DNA from: Minisyncoccia bacterium
GTDB lineage: Bacteria; Patescibacteriota; Minisyncoccia; SW-4-49-11
DNA: 47,688 nt
Direction: 5' to 3'
NCBI GenBank assembly: GCA_044341565.1
Contig: JBIIRM010000008.1
Span: 1-47,688 of the forward strand
Shown here piece after piece: positions 30,062 through 37,434 of this stretch. Within the stretch, counting starts at the first letter, position 1. Each line of letters opens with the position of its first letter. A model generated the notes under the pieces. The model had not been told where the DNA came from. It was given only the letters and a program-made list of their open reading frames with translations, and ran no database searches. The position numbers and the translations under genes are program-made.

Positions 30062-31408
30062 ATGGCAGGGAATAATTCTCTTGATTCATTTACCAAAAAT
30101 CGCAACGTAATTATTATTGCTGGTGTCGCTATATTAGCTATTGTTATATTGATGCTTGGTAATGCGCTTGGATTCAAAATTGGAGGTGAGAAAAAAGTAC
30201 AAAAAGCAAATTTGGTAGTATGGGGAGTCTGGGATGAAAGTGAGACAATGACGAAATTGGGAAGTGATTTTCGTAAAATATATCCTAATGTAAGTATAGA
30301 ATATCGTAAATTCAAGCCACAAGATTATGAGACAGAACTTATTAATGCTTTAGCTGAGGGACGAGGTCCAGATATATTGGCAATGGAGAGAACTTGGCTT
30401 GGTAAACATAAGAATAAGTTAGCCCCAATGCCAGAAGAAATTATGACACTCAAAGAGTATCAAGATACTTTTGTAGATGTGGTTAATCAAGATTTTATTG
30501 ATGAGGGTAAAATATATGGATTCTCTCTATACACCGATACTTTAGCATTATTATATAACAAAGATGCTTTTAATGATGCTGGAATTGCAAATCCACCAGT
30601 AACTTGGGAAGAATTACAAAGTATAGTACCCAAATTAACTAAAATAGATCAATTTGGTGAGATTAAACAGGCGGGAGTTGCATTAGGTACAGGAGATAAT
30701 ATAAATCGTTCACCAGATGTTTTGATGGCATTAATGTTACAGTCTGGAGCTCAATTTACTGACCCTAAAGATACTAGTAGAATTACTTTTTCTCAAAGTA
30801 AAAATGTCAATGGACAAAATATAAATCCTGCTCAATTATCTTTAGCTTATTATACCGATTTTGCTAATCCTCGAAAAGGAGTATATACCTGGAATTCAAC
30901 CTTAAATAATTCAATAGATGCTTTTTATGAAAGAGAAGTTGCTATGATATTTGGATATTCATATCAGGTAGAAGCAATTAAAGCAAAAGCCCCAAGACTT
31001 AATTTTGCAGTAGCTCCTCTCCCTCAGGTATCTACAGATTCTGGCCTTGCTAATTTTGCAAATTATTGGGGATATGGAGTAAGTGGTCAATCTAAATACC
31101 CAAAAGAAGCCTTTGCATTCCTCAAATCAGCCACTGAAAAGGAAAATGCTCAAGAGTATTTCTTGAAAACCAAGCGCCCAACAGCCAGAAGAGATTTAGT
31201 AGATACACAATCACAAGACATTGATTATGGAGTATTTGTAAAACAAATATTACAAGCTAAAACCTGGAGACAACCCGATAATAATTCAGTAGATAAAATA
31301 TTTATCAATGCTATTAATGGAGTAAATTCAGGATTACTTGACTATAGTAAAGCTATTTCGCAAGCTCAAACAGAAATACAGACATTAGCTGATAATGTGA
31401 AAAAATGA
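30062..31408 (+). CDS. extracellular solute-binding protein (family 1, sugar-type), membrane-anchored by N-terminal TM helix
   Basis: The TM anchor IIIAGVAILAIVILML is followed by a MalE-like SBP_bac_1 pattern (VVWGVWDESE...PDILAMER...). No permease or ATPase gene lies adjacent. Confidence 0.55.
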   Translation: MAGNNSLDSFTKNRNVIIIAGVAILAIVILMLGNALGFKIGGEKKVQKANLVVWGVWDESETMTKLGSDFRKIYPNVSIEYRKFKPQDYETELINALAEGRGPDILAMERTWLGKHKNKLAPMPEEIMTLKEYQDTFVDVVNQDFIDEGKIYGFSLYTDTLALLYNKDAFNDAGIANPPVTWEELQSIVPKLTKIDQFGEIKQAGVALGTGDNINRSPDVLMALMLQSGAQFTDPKDTSRITFSQSKNVNGQNINPAQLSLAYYTDFANPRKGVYTWNSTLNNSIDAFYEREVAMIFGYSYQVEAIKAKAPRLNFAVAPLPQVSTDSGLANFANYWGYGVSGQSKYPKEAFAFLKSATEKENAQEYFLKTKRPTARRDLVDTQSQDIDYGVFVKQILQAKTWRQPDNNSVDKIFINAINGVNSGLLDYSKAISQAQTEIQTLADNVKK

Positions 31409-32730
31409 AATATATAAAGTTCAGTATAGTTTTTGGTATAATATTCTTAGTAGTTTCATTTTTTAGTATTAACTATACTAATGCACAGAGTGCAGATGGA
31501 GCTTGTAGTGCAGGGGCAACATCATTAGAGCAAAACTGTACTTTTCAAAATGGAAGCTCTCGTTTAAATGGAAAATGCCAGGTTAAAGATAAAAATAATC
31601 CAGGTTTAGGATTAACTTGTCGTACTAGCTTAGGATCATCCTGCTCAGGTGATACTTGTCAAAATGGATTAGCCTGTATTAATCAGGTTTGTTCCAGTCC
31701 AAGAGGGGCTAAAACTCAAGGTCAATCTTGTTCAGGGAATGGAAATGAATGTATTGCAGGTCTTGAATGTAGAAATTTTATATGTACAAAAGAAGCTGCC
31801 ATTACTGGTGGAGGGTCTGGGCAAACTGGAGGTGGTCAAGTCGGTACCCCTGGAGGCTCAACAGGGGCAGAAACAGGCCTTGTTAAATGTGGAGTGAGTC
31901 GAGATTGTACTATTTGTGATATATTTATCTTAATTCGAGATATCTTTAATTTTGCTTTAGGGCTACTAGCCTCACTCGCGGTATTAAGTGTTGTTATTGG
32001 TGGGGTCTATGTGTTGACTTCAGCAGGTAATCCTGGAGCGGTAAGTACAGGATATGGCATTATTACCAATGCAGTAATTGGACTATTACTCGTAATGGCA
32101 AGCTTTCTCTTATTTAGTTTCCTTCTTGTGGGGCTTGGATTTCAAGAACAAAATTTCTCAGCTGTACTTACTTTTCAACCAGGTAAAGTATTCGAGGTAA
32201 AATGTGATAATGCTAGTACTTTTAATGATAATGGATCAAATGGAGGAGGGTCTGCTGTACTGGGTAATGGTGGGAGTAACTCATCAACTATAAGTTGTGC
32301 GAGTTTAAATGATTCGGTTAAGGCGGATTTAAATAATGCTAGTTCTCAGACGGGTGTTCCTTCTGAACTATTGGCTGGAATTATGCAAAGAGAATGTCCT
32401 GCAGCCTTTAATAATGCTAATGCTTGTCCAAATGAAAATGGCTCTGGAGCAGCTGGAGCAGGTCAATTTTTACAAAGTAGCTGGAATGAGCTGGGATGTA
32501 GTGGAAGTAGAACGAATCGAAGAGATGCCCTTGTTTGTATGGGGAAACATTTAAAACGGTATAATAAATGTTCTAGTCAATGTAATGGATATTCTAATTT
32601 TTCATCCAGAGCTTGTTCTGATTGTGTGGCAGGAGATTATTGTGGTGCATGTTCAGGTTCATCAGCTTGTGGAGGTAATTATTGTGATGGGGTGTGGAGT
32701 AACTATCAAAAATTTAAAACATGTAAATAA
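31405..32730 (+). CDS. Cys-rich secreted protein, VirB2/TrbC-like two-helix segment, C-terminal lytic transglycosylase (SLT/VirB1-like) domain
   Basis: A signal peptide is followed by repeated C-x-C modules (CSGDTCQNGLACINQVCSS; CSGNGNECIAGLECRNFIC). The hydrophobic hairpin ALGLLASLAVLSVVIGGVYVLTSAGNPGAVSTGYGIITNAVIGLLLVMASFLLF is homologous to the downstream pilin paralogs. The C-terminus LLAGIMQRE...SGAAGAGQFLQSSW resembles SLT motifs (catalytic E, then GAxGLMQ). Confidence 0.5.
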   Translation: MKYIKFSIVFGIIFLVVSFFSINYTNAQSADGACSAGATSLEQNCTFQNGSSRLNGKCQVKDKNNPGLGLTCRTSLGSSCSGDTCQNGLACINQVCSSPRGAKTQGQSCSGNGNECIAGLECRNFICTKEAAITGGGSGQTGGGQVGTPGGSTGAETGLVKCGVSRDCTICDIFILIRDIFNFALGLLASLAVLSVVIGGVYVLTSAGNPGAVSTGYGIITNAVIGLLLVMASFLLFSFLLVGLGFQEQNFSAVLTFQPGKVFEVKCDNASTFNDNGSNGGGSAVLGNGGSNSSTISCASLNDSVKADLNNASSQTGVPSELLAGIMQRECPAAFNNANACPNENGSGAAGAGQFLQSSWNELGCSGSRTNRRDALVCMGKHLKRYNKCSSQCNGYSNFSSRACSDCVAGDYCGACSGSSACGGNYCDGVWSNYQKFKTCK

Positions 32731-32734
32731 TAAT

Positions 32735-33841
32735 ATGAATAAAATCTTCAGTCTATTTTTACTAATAGCATCTTTCTATTCTATTTCTCCAGTATATGCA
32801 GATACTAGTATATACTCAAGTTTCTTATATCCAAGTTTTGCTGTAAATAATGAAATTTTATATTTTGATCAATATGCAGGAGCTATTGTGAAACAAAATG
32901 TTATTACTGGTGAGAAGTCAGAGATATTTGATTTAATACCTTCTGCTACTAACTTAGTATCAATTTCTCCTGAACAATCTAAAATATTACTTTATCCTCC
33001 TAATATATCATTTCCAAAATATCAAGCACCATTTTTTGATAGTTCAAGAAAATCTCCCGATAATCAATGGTGGGTATATGATTTTAATACAACAAATAAA
33101 ATACTACTAGATGATAAAATTAATTTAGTTGGCTGGTATTCTGATAATGAAATTATATATGTATTTAATAATAAAGATATCACAGTTGCCCCAACCAATG
33201 ACCTATCTAAATTTAATATTCTATACTCTAATATACCATCTAATGTGGATATTAATAAACAAATTATAGCAAATGATAACCATCAAATAATTCCATTAGT
33301 TGATGGTTATCTTGTGGGAAATAAGAAAAACTTTGTATATCAAAAAAGTACTAATTATCAAATTTCAGCCAATCCAAAATTGAATTATTTTTTGGAATAT
33401 AATAATAGTCAGATAAAAGTTTTTGATTGGGATAGTAAGCAAGTAGGTAGTATTATTAATATCAGTAACAGGAAAGCTTTGTTACTGAATAATGATACTA
33501 TAGCTATATTGGCTACAAATGGTAATTTGATACAATATAATTTACAAGGGCAGGAGCAATCAAATGTATCATTAAATCCAATAGTTACTGATATATATTC
33601 GGTTGATCAATCTGGAAATGAACTATTAATTAATCAAAATAATCAAATACGTACTTATAATTTATTAAAAAAAGAGCAGGGAACCATCCTATTATCCACC
33701 AATACTCCTACTCCTAATACTGACACAAATTCAGAGACAGAACAATCCAACACATTAGGGAATATTGCTATTTTAATAGGAGGAATAGTATTCCTTGCTG
33801 GGGGACTGGGGCTATTTATTTGGAAATTAAGAAAAAGATGA
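32735..33841 (+). CDS. secreted protein with C-terminal TM anchor, hypothetical
   Basis: The track ORF starts at 32585. The Met at 32735 gives a clean signal peptide (MNKIFSLFLLIASFYSISPVYA) directly after the upstream stop. The body is Asn/Ile-rich and probably beta-rich. The C-terminal anchor is IAILIGGIVFLAGGLGLFIWKLRKR. Confidence 0.45.
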   Translation: MNKIFSLFLLIASFYSISPVYADTSIYSSFLYPSFAVNNEILYFDQYAGAIVKQNVITGEKSEIFDLIPSATNLVSISPEQSKILLYPPNISFPKYQAPFFDSSRKSPDNQWWVYDFNTTNKILLDDKINLVGWYSDNEIIYVFNNKDITVAPTNDLSKFNILYSNIPSNVDINKQIIANDNHQIIPLVDGYLVGNKKNFVYQKSTNYQISANPKLNYFLEYNNSQIKVFDWDSKQVGSIINISNRKALLLNNDTIAILATNGNLIQYNLQGQEQSNVSLNPIVTDIYSVDQSGNELLINQNNQIRTYNLLKKEQGTILLSTNTPTPNTDTNSETEQSNTLGNIAILIGGIVFLAGGLGLFIWKLRKR

Positions 33842-33871
33842 TATAATTAAAAATAATTAAATACAGATACT

Positions 33872-34711
33872 ATGAAATTAATCATATCTACAGCATTTGG
33901 AATTGTCTTTGCACTAGTATTCTTTAGTAATTCTAATATAACACTTGCTCAATGTGGAAGTGGTCCAAGCTGTACAGGGAATTTTGTTTGTGTGAACGCA
34001 GATGGTACTCCTAAATGTTTGCTAAATCAGGTTAGTAATAATGGTTTATGTGAGGGCGACTCTTCTGTGAAATGTTCAGCAAATCAAGCTTGTATTCAAA
34101 ATAATGCAACAGAAATTGTATGTGCCCCTTTAGCGGGATCATCAGCTAATACAAATTTACCAGGTTCTGGAAGTACAACAACTTGTCCAACCTGTAAATC
34201 TGGTGAAACATGTATTAAGAGTGCAGCAGGACCACTCGTATGTAGATCCGCCGCTACAAATTGTACTCCTGCTTGTACAACAGGTAAGGTGTGTGTTAAA
34301 GCAACGCCAACAGCAACTACTGGAACTTGTGTAGATAATGCGCCTACTCAAGCTGCTGGAGGAGCTGGTGGTAATGGTGCTGGAGGGAATGGATCTTCAG
34401 GAGGAAGTGGTGGTGGCTTATTAGAAGGTCTCAATGCTTTTGGTAGTGCAGATTCTGGACTTAATACAGAGGGAACTCTCATTGGGTTTATTTCTAATAT
34501 TATTCGTTGGATATTAGGACTTCTTGGAACTGTGTTCTTTGTAATCATAGTTTTACAAGGGTATCTTTATATGACATCTTCAGGAGATGCGAGTAAAACA
34601 GCAGCAGCTACGGGGGCTATTACTAATGCAGTAATAGGACTACTGATTATTATGGGAGCTTTCCTCATTACTAATTTTGTGACAAGTGGTTTGATTGCCG
34701 CTGGGTCTTAA
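33872..34711 (+). CDS. Cys-rich and Gly-rich secreted protein with C-terminal VirB2/TrbC-like pilin domain
   Basis: A signal peptide is followed by four roughly 25-aa Cys modules (CGSGPSCTGNFVCVN...; CPTCKSGETCIKS...) and a linker GGAGGNGAGGNGSSGGSGGG. The C-terminus is ...IRWILGLLGTVFFVIIVLQGYLYMTSSGDASK...NAVIGLLIIMGAFLITNFV. Confidence 0.5.
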   Translation: MKLIISTAFGIVFALVFFSNSNITLAQCGSGPSCTGNFVCVNADGTPKCLLNQVSNNGLCEGDSSVKCSANQACIQNNATEIVCAPLAGSSANTNLPGSGSTTTCPTCKSGETCIKSAAGPLVCRSAATNCTPACTTGKVCVKATPTATTGTCVDNAPTQAAGGAGGNGAGGNGSSGGSGGGLLEGLNAFGSADSGLNTEGTLIGFISNIIRWILGLLGTVFFVIIVLQGYLYMTSSGDASKTAAATGAITNAVIGLLIIMGAFLITNFVTSGLIAAGS

Positions 34712-34721
34712 TATCTTATAT

Positions 34722-35069
34722 ATGATAGAAGCATTTATATCCAATTTCATCATAGTAACAGCTAAAGCCCAGGAGACATCGCCTCCTCCTATATTAGCTA
34801 TACCTACAGGAACAGGAGTGGGGGAGCAAGGAGATCTGTTTACTTTTGTGTCAGCTATTGTGCAATGGGGATTGGGATTAATAGGGATAGTATTATTTGT
34901 ACTTATACTCTTTTCTGGATTCCAATATGCAACAGCAGGGGGCGACTCTAAAAAAACTGAAGAAGCTATTAGTAGAATTACTTCTGCAGTAATCGGAGTA
35001 TTCATTGTAGGGGTGGCTTTTATACTATCCAATGCAGTATTAGGATTTGTTTTTAGTCTAGGATCTTAA
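34722..35069 (+). CDS. VirB2/TrbC-like pilin family protein
   Basis: The core reads VQWGLGLIGIVLFVLILFSGFQYATAGGDSKKTEEAISRITSAVIGVFIVGVAFILSNAV. The track ORF starts at 34695, overlapping the upstream gene. Confidence 0.5.
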   Translation: MIEAFISNFIIVTAKAQETSPPPILAIPTGTGVGEQGDLFTFVSAIVQWGLGLIGIVLFVLILFSGFQYATAGGDSKKTEEAISRITSAVIGVFIVGVAFILSNAVLGFVFSLGS

Positions 35070-35169
35070 TATACTGACTTATCCACAATAGTATCACTTG
35101 CATAGTAATATAAGATATGATAGTATAAAAACATAGAACATATTATTCAATAATTATTAAGATATTCTT

Positions 35170-35553
35170 ATGAATACTTCCCAGATAAAATCAATAGCAA
35201 CAAGAGCATTATTACCTGTATTAGTATTAGCTCCTACTTTAGCTGGAGCTGCAACTCCCATAAAAGATACTAGAGTCATAGGTGAAATACCTCAAGTAGC
35301 TGGTACTAATCAATCTACTGACCTTGTGGCTACAGTACAAGTGGTTATTCAATGGGCATTAGGATTTATCGGAATTGTAATATTCATTATTTTCTTATTT
35401 GCAGGATTTGAATATGCAACAGCAGGAGGAGATGAAGGAAAAGCAAAAACTGCACAGTCTCGAATGATTAACGCGGTAATTGGACTTATTATTATATTCT
35501 TTGCCTTTGTAGCTTCAAATGCAATATTGTCATTCGTATTCCCAGGAAATTAA
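35170..35553 (+). CDS. VirB2/TrbC-like pilin family protein
   Basis: A signal peptide is followed by the core IQWALGFIGIVIFIIFLFAGFEYATAGGDEGKAKTAQSRMINAVIGLIIIFFAFVASNAIL, two TM helices separated by a short loop. Confidence 0.55.
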   Translation: MNTSQIKSIATRALLPVLVLAPTLAGAATPIKDTRVIGEIPQVAGTNQSTDLVATVQVVIQWALGFIGIVIFIIFLFAGFEYATAGGDEGKAKTAQSRMINAVIGLIIIFFAFVASNAILSFVFPGN

Positions 35554-35580
35554 TCAAATTGATAGATACTATGAAACAAT

Positions 35581-35606
35581 AAAAAGGGATTATATCCCTT
35601 TTTATT
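35581..35606 (+). terminator. rho-independent terminator-like hairpin
   Basis: The sequence aaaaaggga-ttata-tcccttttt is followed by a T run, 28 nt after the upstream stop. Confidence 0.5.
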
Positions 35607-35697
35607 GTTTAGAGAATACATATTCAAATAGTATAATCTTCTTGTCAGATAATAGAATACTTGATATACTTGTAATATATAGAATAGTAAAATAGAT

Positions 35698-36114
35698 ATG
35701 AGAGTCTTATTGATTATAATAGCTTTATTGATGGGGGTATTTGTATTAAGTTCTAATATATCTCTAGCTCAAAGAGCCCCTGATGCCACTCTCCCTGGTC
35801 CAGGAACAATCCCAATTAATACCGGAATAGCTGAGGGACCAAGCTTGATAGAAACAGTGTCTATTATTATAAGGTGGATATTAGGATTTATTGGAATTAT
35901 AATATTTATTATATTCCTATATGCAGGATTTGAATATGCAACAGCAGGAGGGGATGAGAAGCAGGCTGAATCAGCTCAAAAAAGAATGGTAAATGCAATC
36001 ATAGGACTGATTATTATATTCTTTGCATTTGTATTGTCGAATGCAGTATTAAGCTTTGTATTTCCTCCAGACGATACAGTAGATGATCCTAATATGCCAT
36101 TAAATGTAAATTAG
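35698..36114 (+). CDS. VirB2/TrbC-like pilin family protein
   Basis: A signal peptide is followed by IRWILGFIGIIIFIIFLYAGFEYATAGGDEKQAESAQKRMVNAIIGLIIIFFAFVLSNAVL. The motif is near-identical to that of the 35170 gene. Confidence 0.55.
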   Translation: MRVLLIIIALLMGVFVLSSNISLAQRAPDATLPGPGTIPINTGIAEGPSLIETVSIIIRWILGFIGIIIFIIFLYAGFEYATAGGDEKQAESAQKRMVNAIIGLIIIFFAFVLSNAVLSFVFPPDDTVDDPNMPLNVN

Positions 36115-36115
36115 T

Positions 36116-36556
36116 ATGAAATATCTATCAATAGTAATAATTGCAATAATGATACTAATGAGTAATCCTTTTATTAGCTTTGCAGGTACCCCATCAGGGG
36201 GAGGAACTACTCCAGCTACGGGTGGTACTCCATCAGGGGGAGGAACTACTCCAGCTACGGGTGGTACTCCCACAACCCCAACTGACAATACTTCTGCTCA
36301 AAGTGTAGGATTTGTGAATCCAATTCGATTTAATTCTATCCCTGAGCTTATAGCAGGTATTATCAATGCTCTCTTGGGTATACTCGGAGCTATTACTGTG
36401 GCAATATTAGTGATGTCAGGATTTAAATATATGACAGCTTCTAATCCAGGAGCAGTAGGGCAAGCTTTAGATGGTATTAGGAATGCAATTGTAGGACTTA
36501 TGATTATTATGGGGGCTTTTCTCATCACACAATATATTATATCTGCTTTGGTGTAA
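36116..36556 (+). CDS. VirB2/TrbC-like pilin family protein with Pro/Thr/Gly-rich tandem-repeat N-region
   Basis: A signal peptide is followed by (TPSGGGTTPATGG)x2 and then the core LIAGIINALLGILGAITVAILVMSGFKYMTASNPGAVGQALDGIRNAIVGLMIIMGAFLIT. Its start is 1 nt after the upstream stop. Confidence 0.5.
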   Translation: MKYLSIVIIAIMILMSNPFISFAGTPSGGGTTPATGGTPSGGGTTPATGGTPTTPTDNTSAQSVGFVNPIRFNSIPELIAGIINALLGILGAITVAILVMSGFKYMTASNPGAVGQALDGIRNAIVGLMIIMGAFLITQYIISALV

Positions 36557-36574
36557 ATATTAGATAAAGAAAAA

Positions 36575-36598
36575 CACCCTGTACTTTCGTAAAGGGTG
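36575..36598. terminator. bidirectional terminator hairpin between convergent genes
   Basis: The stem-loop caccct-gtactttcgtaa-agggtg sits between the + strand gene ending at 36556 and the - strand gene ending at 36613. Confidence 0.4.
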
Positions 36599-36612
36599 CT
36601 ATGTATCTATAC

Positions 36613-37323
36613 TCAGCGAGCTTGTATCACTGGGTATCCAGATTGCCCACCTGGCATCTTCTGGTAATATTCATAATCATTATTAACATCTGCTCCGATA
36701 TTAAATTTCCTTTTAATATCGGGAGTATATTGTTTACCAAATACTCCTAGGGATATTTTGATCCTTTTCCCAGAAAGTGATGAAGGTAAATCGTGGCATT
36801 TAGCGTAAGGCTCAATAACCCTCCAATTGTCACCAATGGTAACCTCTTGATTTATCCAGTGTTTCTCTGGATGGCCAGTCTGTTTGAAGCAGACCTTGAG
36901 AGGTCGTGCTGGGAGATCATACTCACCATCACGATTGATCACGATGGGAGTCATTTCCCCGGGGGGATTGAGTTGTGCCTGCCTTGCACTATGTATGCTC
37001 TGGTTGAAGTTAGCTGAGCAATAGTTCAAGAGGAGAATTACTCCAATCACAGTAGCAGCAAACCTGAGCTTGCTATTGAGTACCGCTGCAATTATAGTAA
37101 TGGCCATCAAAAAGAATATCTCACCATCAGAAATACTTCCTCCGATGAGAATCATTTTGGCCCCCAACCAAAGACCAGCCAAACTAATCAGTAAAACTGA
37201 CCAGTTCAGTCCGCGAGCTTTACTCCACAAATTCCCAGAACTTGCCGGAGATGGGGAGGAGTTTGTGGATGATGAGGTGTTTGAGCCTCTAGATCCACGG
37301 GACCCGTATTGACGATTTGTCAT
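36613..37323 (-). CDS. hypothetical membrane protein (Ser/Arg-rich N-terminus, 3 TM helices, C-terminal soluble domain)
   Basis: The ORF has markedly higher GC (about 45%) than its surroundings. The N-terminus is MTNRQYGSRGSRGSNTSSSTNSS. The TM segments include VLLISLAGLWLGAKMILIGG. Confidence 0.5.
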   Translation of the reverse strand: MTNRQYGSRGSRGSNTSSSTNSSPSPASSGNLWSKARGLNWSVLLISLAGLWLGAKMILIGGSISDGEIFFLMAITIIAAVLNSKLRFAATVIGVILLLNYCSANFNQSIHSARQAQLNPPGEMTPIVINRDGEYDLPARPLKVCFKQTGHPEKHWINQEVTIGDNWRVIEPYAKCHDLPSSLSGKRIKISLGVFGKQYTPDIKRKFNIGADVNNDYEYYQKMPGGQSGYPVIQAR

Positions 37324-37390
37324 GATAAAATGAACGAATTACTTTCTATATATAGCATATTTTAGGTAAAATGTCAATATTTATAGACAA

Positions 37391-37418
37391 TAAAAAAGCC
37401 GTGACATTGTCACGGCTT
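37391..37418 (-). terminator. rho-independent terminator (minus strand)
   Basis: On the minus strand the hairpin agccgtgaca-atg-tcacggct is followed by TTTTTTATT, just downstream of the stop of the 37435..38460 gene. Confidence 0.55.
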
Positions 37419-37434
37419 GGTAATATGCTGCTGA

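Noticed and set aside
32585-32734. N-terminal 50-aa extension of the 32585-33841 ORF
   Set aside because: The extension overlaps the upstream gene's 3' end in another frame. A clean signal peptide starts at the Met at 32735, directly after the upstream stop.
34348-34548. 66-aa minus-strand Pro-rich ORF and 34157-34351 Cys-rich minus ORF
   Set aside because: They are antisense to the Gly-rich and Cys-rich coding segments of the 33872-34711 gene and are compositional artefacts.
36100-36288. 62-aa minus-strand ORF (MSVGVVGVPPVAGVVPPPDGVPP...)
   Set aside because: It is antisense to the 39-bp tandem repeat in the pilin gene, and its repetitive peptide is a mirror artefact of that repeat.
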